Part shown: in pieces, positions 48,502 to 62,900 of the stretch
How the letters are laid out: each line of letters begins with the position of its first letter
Numbering within the stretch: position 1 is the stretch's first letter
From: Mytilus edulis
Taxonomy: Eukaryota
NCBI RefSeq assembly: GCF_963676685.1
Contig: NC_092347.1
Coordinates: forward strand, 17,918,001 to 17,982,000
Reading direction: 5' to 3'
DNA: 64,000 bases
Program-made: the position numbers and the translations under genes
The notes under the pieces: model-generated
What the model was told of the DNA's origin: nothing
Database searches by the model: none
The model's input: the letters and a program-made list of their open reading frames with translations, nothing else

Positions 48502-50975
48502 CAAAAGGCCTGAAATGACAATGTAAAACAATGCAAACGAGAAAACTAGCGGCCTTATTTATGTACAAAAAATGAACGAAAAACAAATATGTAACACTTA
48601 AACAAACGACAACCACTGAATTACAGGCTCCTTACTTAAAAAAATATTTATAACATACTAAAGGTATGTTCATATGGAAATTGATAGAAAACCAAAAATT
48701 GGGAACTTTGGAAATAAAGGTGGAGGGTAAAAAAAAAATTTTCCTGTCCCCAATAACCTATGACTTATGATACTTTTGCTGAAATTCTCCAGTCATTCTG
48801 TATTTTACAAAATTCTTCCAACAACACTTTGCATACTTTAAACTACGCTCTGAATGCCCGCGATTTCGCGGGTGTGTTCTAGTAAATGTAGCTTTAGAAA
48901 TTAGAAGCTTTCATATATCATTCATAAAAGTACAAATGTAGTCCCATCTTTTGCAACAATAAAAACATAGGGTCATGCATCATTTTTGGGCATTCACATG
49001 GCCTTGTTTACAAACACTTTTGATTTGTACTGAATTCATTTACTGACCCCATTGCTTTTCAACCCTGTAGTAAAAACATTAGCACATCAGCATTTTTAAA
49101 TATTTTTTTTCCCCGACATAGTCGGTATAGTTTCGGTTTGTGCCCTTTGAACTTAAGGACGCTTAACTATGGAAACAGAATACGCATGCTCGAAAATCCT
49201 TTCTGTGATTGGACAAAATGCTGTCATGGTGGGTGATTTGGTTGTGTTTGAAAAAACGTCTCGTTAATTATATCGTGATGGAAAGCAAGTGAAAAACTAT
49301 AAATATTTGAACTAGATCTTACAAGGATTTATATTTTTATTAAAATGATTGTTTCTCCAATAGTTTTTTGCATCCGTGACAGCTGTTTATTCGGGACAAT
49401 TATATAATTATTAATGTCAACTTTGTTGTACAAACGTACATGTACATGACTTTTAGAACGCACCTACGCATGTGAGATTTTCGCGGGGTTTTGGTGAATG
49501 TAAACAGAAAGATACGAGGACCGAGAATACTGAACACAAACAGAGAAAACATTATTTAAATGGTATCTTTGTGCTTCTGAAGGTTATCGAAATGATAGTT
49601 TTAAACATATATATTCAAATTTAAATACGTCGGATATCTTTTTTAAAGATAGTTCTTGTTAACTCTAGTGTTGATTTATCTATCAAAAAATATTTATGAC
49701 AAACATTATCAACCAATCAGAAGACCACAGGACAAAACTCTCCCCTAAATGTATATGTATTTACTGACCCTGTAAATATTTGATAGTCTGGATGGGGTTT
49801 ATAGAAAAGAGAATAATGGACTAAATCAAAAATGGAGTGCAATATATGACTTCTATAGTATAAAGAATAACTGTAGAAAAAAGAGTTAGGTACTAGTACT
49901 GTACTGATTACAGAAATGAACGATGTACAGAATTAAGAAATGATACAGTTATAAATAAATCATAATAATAAAATAATTTTCATGAGAAACTTGATGAATA
50001 ATTAGTATAAATCTTTACAAATACTGCAATATAAGAATTATTACAATTTTACATATTAACATTCTGGCATTAAATACATACTGGTTAAATTACAGAATGC
50101 AAAGTAAACATTATTAAATGGTAAAGAAAAATCTCCCCAAAATTAACAAATACAGGAATGAAGAACCTTAAACATGATGAATTATGAGCCTGTAAATATA
50201 AATAAAAAATTGAAAACTTTGAAAAATAACTTTTTACAAACATGTGTATAACATGTGTTTAATACATGTTCATTGCTTGAGTGCTGTTATATTAAAGATT
50301 TTAGTTTACCACATTGGCATGACTGACGAATGTACAATATAGTATAATGTATATAAAGATGCAATTTCGGTTTTATACTTTTTAAACTTTGCTTACAGTA
50401 CATATCACCGACAAATACATTTGTATAAATTAAGAAGAAATATGTAGGGATTAAGTTTAAAAAAAACCAAATGAGGGATTAATCATATTTATGCTCCATT
50501 ATAATATGTATTTAATTTATCTATGTCTTTAAACTGTTGTTATATATCCTGTTTCCCAGTTTACATTAAAACTGACACGTAACACTACAACAGGTTTATT
50601 ATTTCTTATTATATGTTACAAAGTTGCACATTTGTATCTTTATCTGATAGATAGCACAGCTTATACATGTTATATGAAAACTTTAATTGCATCAATTAAT
50701 TACCAAAGAAAACAATAATGTTAAGTTACACATGACTACACATGCACATTTGTTACATTGTCTGCTTCACAGTTAATTTGTAATACTTTGAACAAAATCT
50801 AAGGTTATTTTATCTTAAAGAAATTTAATCTCATTTTATTACAGAAATGGCTCTTGAAGAAGTATTTTGATACAGTTAATTTCTAAAGAACAGAACATAC
50901 TATCTGGAATTAAGTGAACAGCATATTTTGCAACTTATATTTTCAAGTGATATATATACAAGACAAGACTGAGTG

Positions 50976-53900
50976 ATGGCTTCTGTGGACTTATTTCTTT
51001 ATGTTTTTGTGACGTTACTTTGTTTGTTTGACTTTGGATTTACACAAGCAGTTATTTCACAGTCAATAGATATCACAATGAAAGGAGCCAATGTCACTAA
51101 GGTAAGGAAGAATTTTTAGCAGAGTTCAAGGTCAGATTTAAACTTTGCCTAATGCAATTTATTCTTAAGTAAACCATGGGTACATGTACAAATGTAGAAG
51201 GGCAGGCGAAACATGTAGACCATAGCAAATAAAATTGCAGACCATTTGAAGTGTTGTTGTCAATTTTGAGTATTATTTTAATGATGAAATTCATTTGCAT
51301 AATTTGACAACCCTGCATACCAAGGTACAAAATGTATCCACTTCAGGGACTCTAACAAAATGATTCACACAGGCGTTGGTTCACCACATGGAGTTTAAAT
51401 GTAGAAGGGGTTTATTCCCAAAATTCACTCAATAGTTGCGCTTCATGTTTAAAGAAGATTTTGTGATACTTTGTTGTATATTATTTAGTAAGTCATGGGT
51501 AGGAGGGTAGGGGGAGGGGTTTTATTCCATAAATTGCCTCAATAATTTGGATCTACATGTACCGGTATCTGTTTGAAGAATTTGTTATCCATACATTAAG
51601 TTAGTTTCAGCTGATTATACAGTACTGTAATTCTTTGACCTCATGAGATAACTTTAAACAATGCTTTATGACTCAAATGCAGATACAGGAGTACACCTTA
51701 TTCTATGTCCCAACTTAGGATACTTTTATTTCTAGTCACTGTATGTGTGTCCCCTTGTCCGTCCAGCTTTAGGTTAAATTTTTTGGTGAATTAGAAGTCC
51801 AATCAACTTGAAACTTAGTGCACATATTTCCTATGATAAAATTGCTCTAATTTTAATGCCAAATTAGAGTGTTGACCCCAATTTCACAGTCCACTGAACG
51901 TGGAAAATGATACTGTAAACCGGGAAATTTTCGCGCCGTCTTTATTTCGCGATTTACTAACACAATCCAAGTTCGCGCCGTTTAGAATTCGCGATTTCCC
52001 TGTGGTCTATATAAATATTTTCATAAATGATTTTCAAAAGTGAACAGCTATAATAAATCCTAAATCAAGTCATCAAATCAATCATAAATCTTTTGTTTTC
52101 GGTTTATTAATCATGTTAATGTTAGAGTAGATTAAAAGTTTGTCATGTTTGCTTGTAAAAACACATACACAATATCAGAAAAGTACGACTGATTAGGAAT
52201 GAATTAGAAAAAATGCTGTCAGGATTAATGCTAATTTTTCGATCGTTTGATCTGATTAATCTGTATAGTAGATTCAACGAGGTGATACTTTTATTACTGA
52301 TTGACATGTGTCATTAACATAATGGTAATGAGTGTTGTTTATATAACATGATACATAATGATCGCTTATGAGATTACTGATTTGAGTTAAAGACATGACT
52401 TCTAACATTGCTTTTCATTACAGTGATTACGATATACAGTTATGATTTCAGTTATATATGTGTCGTCTATAAAATCAATTTTATGCAATAGTGCTATAGA
52501 TATTCTATCCACATATATATAAGAAGCTGTGGTATGAGTGCCAATGAGGCAACTCTCCATCTAAGTCACGATTTGTAAAAGTAAACTGAATAAAAAGAGT
52601 TAACTTGATATTTTCGCTGTCGTTTTATTTTCGCGGTTCAATGCTTACCGCGAAAATAGCGAAAATTAAACTACCGCGAAAATTTCCCTGTTTACAGTAG
52701 TGCGAGTGGGGCATCCTTGTTCTATGGACACATTTGTGTTTAAAATATTTAACAAATAATTATTACATGTGTAACCATGTCTACCCCTGCTTTTAAAAGC
52801 AGCAATATATTATGATGGGGAGTCCATTAGTCTATCTGTCAATCTGTGACGTACAAAATGTACATCCTTCTGTCAATCTTCTGTTTTCCAACTGCTCCTG
52901 AACTGCTTGAAAATTATAAACTTTTCTCAACCTTCATGTAGTTTTAGTTTGATTATTACAAAAATTCTGAACAGAAAATTTAAACCACTATTTATATGTA
53001 GGAAGTTGTACATGTACATATATACAGCACAGTTAATCTTAAACTGAATAGGTAAATTGGAAATACATTTACTATAATCTAGAGGCTCAGAATTTTAGTG
53101 ACTTTTTAATGATAATTTTTTTCATAATGTTTTATCATTACATGTACATGAAAGTGGTAAATACAAATGTTCATGAACTTGCTGATTGAGGTTCTTATCT
53201 TCTTTTAAGCTCACCTGGCCGGAAGGGCCAAGTGAGCTTTTCTCATCACTTTGCGTCTGTCATCCGTCGTCGTTGTCTGACGTCGTCTGTTAACTTTTAC
53301 AAAATCTTTTCCTCTGAAACTACTATGCCAAATTTTACCAAACTTAGCCACAATCATCATTGGAGTATCTAGTTTAAAAAATGTGTCCGGTGACCCGGCC
53401 AACCAACCAAGATGGCCACCATGGCTAAAAATAGAATATAGGGGTAAAATGTAGATTTTGGCTTATAACTCTGAAACCAAAGCATTTAGAGCAAATCTGA
53501 CATGGGGTAAAATTGTTATCAGGTCAAGATCTATCTGCCTGCCCTGAAATTTTCTGATGAATTGGACAACCTGTTGTTGGGTTGCTGCCTATGAATTGGT
53601 AATTTTAAGGAAATTTTGCCGTTTTTGGTTATTATCTTGAATACTATTAATATAGATAGAGATAAACTGTCAACAGCAAAAATGTTCAGCAAAGTAAGAT
53701 CTACAAATAAGTCAACATGACCTAAATGGTCAGTTGACCCCCTCAAAGAGTTATTGCCCTTTATAGTCAATTTTTAACAATTTTCATTAATTTTATAAAT
53801 TTTTGTAAATTTTTACAAAATATTTTCCTCTGTGTAACTAAAGGCCAAGTTTATTATAGATGGAGAAAATTGCAAGTAGCAAGAATGTTCAATAAAGTAA

Positions 53901-56900
53901 GATCTATAAACACATCACCATCATCAAAACACAATTTTGTCATGAATCCATCTGTGTCCTTTGTTTAATACATGTATGCACATAGACCAAGGTGAGCGAC
54001 ACAGGCTCTTAAGAGTCTCTATTTTTTTTTTCTTCTAAATTTTATGTTATATTTTTTTCAGCATGACGAATATTTATGCAGTGGACATCGATTACCTCGA
54101 GGAGATACATACATAGGTAGGTACTGGTGAACTACACATGTGCAAACTACATATATTTCATCAACACTTGATTTGCATAAACACAATATTAATGTTATAC
54201 TTATTTAATTAACATTACACAGGAGACAAAATAACTCATTCTTAGATATTCGTATTAATGTACAAATGTAATAACATCACTGCCCAAGGTTAGGGTGATG
54301 GTTGACATTTTATTATTAAGTAGCAATCTAAGATGAAGTTTTAACCTCTTAAATTATCTAGATGTATACAGTGATTTGTGTAGTTATTTGACTGCTACGA
54401 TTTTCCAATACAAAAAAAACTACTGTCGTAATATTTTCCAATACAAAAAAACTACTGTGGTAATATTTTCCAATACAAAAAAACTACTGTGGTAATATTT
54501 TCCAATACAAAAAAACTACTGTGGTAATATTTTCCAATACAAAAAAACAACTGTTGTAATATTTCAGTTCATTGCTTGTCTTTCTGTGGATTTATAACTA
54601 TTAGATACTGTAATAGTCTTTTTGCACTTATTCTATAATTGATTTCCACCTCTATTGGTTTTATGAAAATAAGACATATACAGATTCTTTATTCCTCAAA
54701 CACCATATAGTTACAATGGTACAAAGAACTTCTTTAAAAAGTATAACATATAACATAAACACAAATAACATGATATATAAAGGTTAAGAATAATTATATT
54801 ACTATAAGTTTTTATTAAAGAAATTGTAGCGGGTTTGTTAGGAATCTCAATAAGTTTTCTCCTTCTAATCAATACTTCATTATCATAAATTGGTTAGAGA
54901 GTAGTGATAAATAATCTGTGTTGACGAAGGTGATGTAAATGACAAATTCACAATGGTAATTAAATTCATCAGATATTTGACTCAGTATTGATAGCTATAA
55001 CCAGATGGTATTGATGGGAGTAAGATAAACGTTGACAGAAATAGAAACTAATGTCTTCTGCATTAAAAAATTAAATTATATTTATTTTATCATTCTGTTT
55101 TACATCATTTGATCAAATCTACTAAAGATTGATCAAGAAAGCGATAAATGATCTATTCACCTGGACAAATTGTTAAAGTCAAAAAATCTGATCAATTCTA
55201 CAAATGTCAGGGGTTAATTTCCAAGATACAGGAAATGGTGTTTTCTTTTGGAAATGATTTTAGAGCAATGGTCCTTCCTTTTAGGAAAGTTGTCACAATT
55301 CCAGCTATTTTATTGATTAAGAATTGGAAAGTCAGGCGTTCTGTCTCTATAGACATGAATAATGGTGATAGATGCTGGAATAATCTGTCGTAGCTCATTC
55401 CACTTAAATCTGGAGAGTTCAGATTGCTCAGAACATTTTTGTAATGTGCAATATATTTTAGTCATGTTCTTCGAATTCTTCATATTTAGTCCCAATTTTA
55501 CAAATTTATGTTTTTAATTTTTTGGGTAAATTTTTACTTTTATTCCAAGAAAGTAAAGATTCAACCCCAAACTTCTGTTAAAAAATAAATTTCAGAATAA
55601 TCAATAAGTCAAATGATATACTTGTTTTTCAAAATCTGTGGAAATCTTTTATTGATAATTTAACTCTTTTCATACATGTATATACATTTGAGAGTTTAAT
55701 ATTCCATCCACTTAATATATTTCATTTGAGGAACTAGTAGAAATGTAATACACCATGGCTACTTTAGTCTCTATACATGTTTAAGATGTAGTTTCCTGTC
55801 AGTAACTGAGACATCTTTGGGCATGTCTTTCTTCTGTTTATTAGATTAAAAATACATCTTCTAGTAAAACCAGATACTCTAATAATGTTTTATTGTTAAT
55901 GAAATAATCTGAGGCTGCATATGTTCAAATGAACCATACATTGAAACAGAACATATAACAGCTTCCCTTCTTAAGACACTAATGTAGAATCTAAATAAGA
56001 AAATATACAGGTTCATTTTGCAATTGATGTGACTGATTTAAACCAATACATTGACCACCTAAAAAACCACATACATATATGGGGTGTTTTTTATAGGAAT
56101 GGCTCTTATATTTTTATGAACTCACTAGTTATGTTCAATGACATTGTTTACAAATAATCAAATTAAGAAATAAGCTGTTCAGAAACATGTGATAGCAGCA
56201 TGACCAGGGGACTAACGATTTTGGTTACATTGTGTACTTTGTAAAACATTTGATAAACTCCTTTTCAATTTTGCTTAGCTGCTATTAGATGTATTTTAAA
56301 TACACTTGTATTTTTTTCCTCGTTAATTACAAATTAATCTCAAATTGTTTTTCAACTTTGATAAAAATCCCCTTGTTTTTACCTAAACAGAAAACATAAT
56401 TTTTACATGGTTTGATTTTTTCCCCTGATTATTGAACTTTTAATGCGATACTGAATAGATATGCTAGAGTCATATAGATTGTAATTACGTGCAGGAAAAT
56501 AATCATATTAATAACATGGACTGTAAGATTGATGATGCATAATGTTATGTATATAGAAATTGGAAATCATAGATTGTAGAGATATAAATAATAACTTTGT
56601 GTCAATATCTTCACTTCCTTAATCACAGAACATGGTAATTCTTAGCATGATTTTGTGGTATTCACAGTTATGAAATCTTGTTGCCTAAGGAGATGTTTGC
56701 CAATTTGCGTAAACATATTTATTGGAGAGAAAAAACAAAAATATACATATTTTCCAATTGAAATGACAAGATAAATGTCTAGCATTAATTATTCAACAGC
56801 ACAAACCCCATTCATTGTATATATAATGTTATATAAACAGAGAGTAAAATGGTGGTCACAATAGACTCCAAATCATATTCATGTAAATGAACTTAAATTT

Positions 56901-59900
56901 AAAAAAAAAACAAGACTTACAAAATCCTGACTTGGGACGGATGCAAAAATGCAGCGGGTTAAACACGTTTTGTGAGACCTCAACCCATTACCCAACAGGT
57001 TTTTTTTATCCTAACTTTTATGCCTATATGCTACAAATAGAATTGAAACTTATGTTTTGGACAAACAAGAATTCTAAGAAAAAAGCTGATTTCCTAATGC
57101 AAGTAGAGTAAGACTTTGGTTAGCTTGCTTGCTTTGTTTGTATATTGTACAATTGTAATTGGGATACCATTCAATTAAATTTAAATATAAATACGATAAA
57201 AAAAAAACAGGTTTAACTATGCATGTCTATATTGTTTACAGATGTCAATCTTTATTACAATGTTTTAGTTAACTGTTTTACAAACAAAGCAAGCAATCAA
57301 ACCAAAGTCTTACTCTACAAGCAGTAAGAAACTAGCCCTAATGGAAATACTTTCTTAATATGTTCCTTGATTACACATATCCATAGAAAAGTGCAAGAAC
57401 AACTGTATTAGTGGATATTGCTTAGTAATGCTTACTTGTAGCATCAATTCATTATTGTATAAACTATATATAATGTTTTAAAACTAAATTTATTTTGTCT
57501 AATTTCAGTCCAATTTGAAGCAATACAAGACATTGGTCAAGCTCATCATATTTTATTATTTGGATGTTCAGAACCAGCTAAAACTGATCCTACATGGTAA
57601 TGTGTCGTTTTATATATAAGGTTTTATATGACGCTTTTAAGCTGAATGAATATTAACCAATTTAACAGTCTCGGAAAGTATTTTTTGAAACCCTAATAAA
57701 AAGTAGTGGACAATTATAACACATGAAAAGATACATGAAAGATACCAGATTTATAATTTGTACAACATTTTTCAGTATTATACAGTTGATTGGTTGATCA
57801 TTGTAACATTGTTTACATTAATGATTATGTCCTGTGGCAAACATTTCATGAATGTTCAGGACAAGAACCATTTATACAACAAATCAATTCAGCAGGTTTT
57901 ATAATTTTGTATGTATGTGGTACTGGTAGGATAAGAAATGTTGTCTTTCAATATGCATCTCTCTGTAAAGCCTTTGAATGCCTGTCCCATGGTAAGGCCA
58001 GGATTTTTTAATTTGTTGGTTTACGGATCCCCCGACCCGATTTTGTAGATTTCCAGAATAAAAATAAAATTGACTTTTCATGCTTTTTTATTCCCGCCGA
58101 CCCTAAGAAATGCATTATCCCTGAAAAATAATTAAAATAATTTTTTTTTATGAAATGAAATGTATTAATCACTAACAAAATTGATAACACTTGCTGTTGT
58201 GAAAAAATAAAACTTCCAGTTTACGTTTTTAAATATAGACAAATCAATTATCATAATAACTGACCTTGAAATGTCGTTTGCACAAATAATTTTGCGGAAC
58301 GAAACTTGTGTTTAAAACCAATTACACAATAACTTCGTTTCCCTATGTCATCAGTCCGTAAGATGCATCATCTCATAGAAATAGACTTGTTCAAATGTGG
58401 ATAGGTTGAAGGCATCAAGTTGAAGTATTGAATATTAACAAATCATTTGGAATTTTCTTGTTTCATAGATAATAAAAAAATTATCGTCCATTTGGATAAA
58501 AAAAACGGGAATGCGAGACAACAGATTGACCCGATAATCTCGTTTTTCCAATGGACGAGTCTATTAGGTTTTTGACACGTGTGTTGAAACTTATTTTCGT
58601 ACGACGTTTTTACATTTTTTTTCTTTATCAGTTTTCGTGCTTGAAGATCATTATTCACCAAGTTTTCTGGAATTGATTAAGAGCTACACGAATCTATTTT
58701 TCTTGTTTCTGAAATGACGATTTAATTTCATCTTTGTCCGTGCACCCCCCTTTTTTTTACTGTAACTTATTAGACAATGTCAACAGCTGAGCAATAATAT
58801 TTCATTGAACTAAAATTTAAGAAATGATGATAAAATGGCATAACAAACATACTGTTAGAAAGGTGAAATATATATTGATTTTGCATATTTTTCTGTTTTC
58901 AAAGATGATTTTTTTCTTTTTTTTTCCCGACCGACCGACCCGACTTTTTCATGGGGAAAATCCGTAAACCAACAAATTAAAAAACCGTGGCCTAAGGCAT
59001 CAGATAAACACCACATATCCCAACTGGCACTATAAACTTCTTGACAAAACATGTAAAAGAATTTAATGCTTTCATGAGGGGGGATAGGACCTTTATCGGG
59101 ACTCCGTGATCAGGTTATCATGAAATGAGAAAGCAACACATAGAATTATCATGAAATTAGAAGGAGACACGTGGCATTATGAAATGTGAAGGATATACAT
59201 GATATTATTATGAGATTGGAAGACACATTACATTTTCATAAGAATAACCAAGACACATTATATTATCATTTAATTTATATATGGTCATGACTCTTTATTG
59301 GATAATTTATGTATGTATAGTTGATACTATATACTGTATTACATTTAAAAAAAAAATGAATTACCAAAATATTGTTTGTGTACATTTATAATTATGTTTT
59401 GTACCATTTATAATACAGGCATTGTGGCCAGATTTGCAAGTCCACAGAACAAATTTTATTTGCCTGGGCAAAGAATGCCCCACCACTTACTTTGCCTAAA
59501 GGTTAGCTTTTTTTGTTTGTTGATAAGTATTTAAGAGTTACATGTTTTATTTTAATGAAGAGCTTATATTTAGATGTAATACTGAGGCAAACATTATTTA
59601 CATGTCAAGGTTTAAAGTTAAGTTTTAATTGAAAAAAGATGATGTGATATGGGGTATGAAGCATATAAAACATCTGAACAAAGACGGATAACATGAATTA
59701 TACATGTATAGCACAAAAAGGCTGCTGAAAAAGGTAGCTCAACATCCGAAATATCTTTTCTATAAATCCAGAATTATAAGAAACTCTTTCCTCAAAGCAA
59801 TTTCCAATAGGTTCCTGTTAAAGGTCTAGAACTTAAGTTATTTTCAAACTATTGAAGGTTATATCATAAAATCAGTAATAAAAGTGATTTCACAAGGAAT

Positions 59901-62900
59901 CATTTACATTTTAAAAATAATCAAAGGATTTTTTATTAATTTCGTTGCTGATATTTGTTTAAAGCTGCAAGGTTAGGCTTTGTGACAAAGATTTTGCTTT
60001 TGATATGTATTAATACTATTAATTAATTTAGCTGAAGTATTCAAATCATGACAAATACAAACTATTAAAATTATATTTTTTGAATATTTCAGATGTTGGA
60101 TTCCATGTCTCAGGAAGTTCTAATATTGCCTATATAGTGGTGCAAATACATTATGCTAAGCCTCTTTTAAGTAAGTACATTTTATCATTATCATTTGGTT
60201 AACAAAACCTTATAATCTGTTTTTCATAGAAAACTTTTATATTTTGTACCTTTAATGTCTACTTTATACATGAGTGTTATTATGAAAACAAATTGCACTG
60301 CTTATATTGGTAAAGGTTTGAAAATGTCATTTAAAAAAATATTTCTTATCAAATTTAGTATAAAATAAGTCGACCAGGGCTGTTCCATTAAAATATACAT
60401 GGAGCCTTTGGAAATCTCAAATTTGGATGTGTGTCAAGTACAGTGAAAATGTAAGTTAAATATTAAGTTTGCCTCTAAAGGTGGTAAGAATGTTTTGAAT
60501 GTGTCTTCCCCAGGTTACATGTATGCTTAAATGGAACGGCGCAGAGTTAAATCTATAAGAATATCCTCTTTATATGCTGCATTATGAATAAAAGGAGAAC
60601 CAAGATAAATGCAATGAGACAGCAACCCAATAAAAACAAAATGTAATAATTGTTAAAAAGGTTAAGCAATATATGTTTTATATAAGTGTGTCTAAAGAAT
60701 TATTGTGTTCAAGTTGATTTGAAAAATGAAGCTTTGAGTCTTTAACACATTTGAAGTTACACAACACTTGCTCTGATGATTGATAATTGATGGGTGCATA
60801 CAAGAATGACATGTTAGGTAGGATTTGTTTTATGTGCTGGTTCACAATGTAACAATCAGCAGGGATATATGACAAACATTGACTCATCCTACCTTGACAC
60901 ATTGTTCTGACTCAAAGCCAACTTGTTTTGCTCTAACCATGTAAATGCAGTATGCTTAGTGGAGAAGCAGCCAATACAAATTTTAAAGTCTATGGTTTCA
61001 TGTGATTGGGGATCAAACTCCAGAACTCTTGGCAAGTGCAATACCACTGTGGTTACTTGCTTTGACACAATCTATATGACTGAATATTAAATAAGTATAT
61101 ACATTTTGTATATAAATACATATGACAAATAGAAGATATGAAAACGGTTAAGAAATTTAATGTGGTAGTGAGAATTGATTCGATACAATGTTTTTGCATA
61201 TTTTTGTTGTAAGAAATTCATCAATTATAAATATTCTTGTAACTGAAAAGAATTTGTAGATATGAACTATTCTAAGCATATAATTAGACTTAAGTTTAGG
61301 TTACACATATTACAATATAACTTTCTGTATTTGTAGAAGGTGATAGACCAGACCGTTCAGGGATCAAATTACATGTTACAAATCAGAAGTAAGTCCAGTA
61401 TTCAATTATATAAATTTATGCCTGCCACAGATTTTGCTACATATTTTGCATTTGCATATAGGTTTGGCATGCCACAAAACCAGGTTCAACCCACCATATT
61501 TTCCTTTAAAAATGTCCTGTACCAAGTCAGGAATATAGCCATTGCTATATTTTAGTTCGTTTCTGTGTGTGTTACATTTTAACGTTGTGTTTCTGTTGTG
61601 TCGTTTGTTTTCTCTTATCTTTGAGTGTGAATTCACATTACTATAAGACGTGTCACGGTACTTATCTATCCCAAATTCATGTATTTTGGTTTTGATGTTA
61701 TATTTGTTATTCTCAAAGGATTTTGTCTAATGCTTAATCTGTTTCTGTGTGTGTGTTACATTTTAATGTTGTGTCGTTGTTCTCTTATATTTAATGCGTT
61801 TCCCTCAGTTTTAGTTTGTTACCCCTATTTTGTTATTTGTCCATGGATTTATGAGTTTTGAACAGCGGTATACTACTGTTGCCTTTATTTACATAAAGAA
61901 TAGAAAGGGTCATCTTACATACTTAAAACTTAATTGAAGAAAGATGACAACTTTTCCAACCATTGTTTAGTTATTTATTTGAAGCAAAGTGTAGTGTTAA
62001 CAGAGGAAAAACAATATACAGTCGACTTTCGTTATGTCGAAGTCAGCCGGACCAGAGAAATATTTCGAGATACACGTAGTTCGACTCAAACGAACACCGG
62101 AAGTTCGACAATCTAAGGGACACAACTCTTGCTTAGCTTGGTAAAGCTAAAATAAATCCGGGTGAATATGACAAGGAGATCGATATTCTAGTATCAGATC
62201 GATGTATTTGTATGTCACAGTCTTTTATTATTATAATGACTGTTATTTTTACTTATTCAATTGTTTCAATTAAAAAAAAATCCTATGGCTTTTCCAAGAG
62301 AGTAATTTCCAATCGACAGTTTCGTAATTCAGGTCGCTAATAGCTGACAAAATTGTTTATTCTCGGATACAAGAGATTTAAGAAAATTATGATTTCTATT
62401 CATTTTGTTTTATCTCACTCTTTGTTTTCAAAAGAACATATAATAAGATTAAAGACGCTGTTTGAGTAGTTTTTAGGTGATCATCAACGGAGGCATAATC
62501 CTCACTTTATACACACCCAAGCTCATTAGTGTAAATCACAAATTGATTGTTTTGTAAACAATTAAAATACTTTTTCATGAACATTAAAAATTTATCACTA
62601 ATTATTTATAAAAATTCTACAAAAGATAATCTTAGGAAAACACTCATGGAAATAGCATGTCATAAATCAATACAGTGGTCAGTGACCGGAAATTTAATTA
62701 CACGTGTATTGTCAGATTAACTCTTCAATCCATTTAAATCCCGGAGGTCATGTTTTGACATATGTGTATTAGTTCGAGATGAAAAATGATTTTTGAATGC
62801 TTTCGTTAACCTTGGGACCGTAAATTTAGTTCGACTCAACCGAAATTTCGACTCATCCAATTTCGACTCATCAGGAGTCGAATTACATACTTTTGTATGG

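Larger units (their letters stand above)
47442..48882 (+). mobile_element. Non-autonomous Helitron carrying a nested SINE-like repeat and a retrozyme-like unit
   Basis: 5' TCTATACTATTAAA. A 3' GC hairpin CCCGCGA-tt-TCGCGGG (48857-48872) is followed by the terminal CTAG|T (48879-48883). Confidence 0.75.

Noticed and set aside
54400-54564. CRISPR-like 32-bp repeats
   Set aside because: Head-to-tail copies without spacers, so an ordinary minisatellite.
54650-55700. Possible LINE reverse-transcriptase remnant on the - strand (similar hints at 15280-15720)
   Set aside because: Too degenerate to delimit or classify by eye; no RT catalytic motif found.
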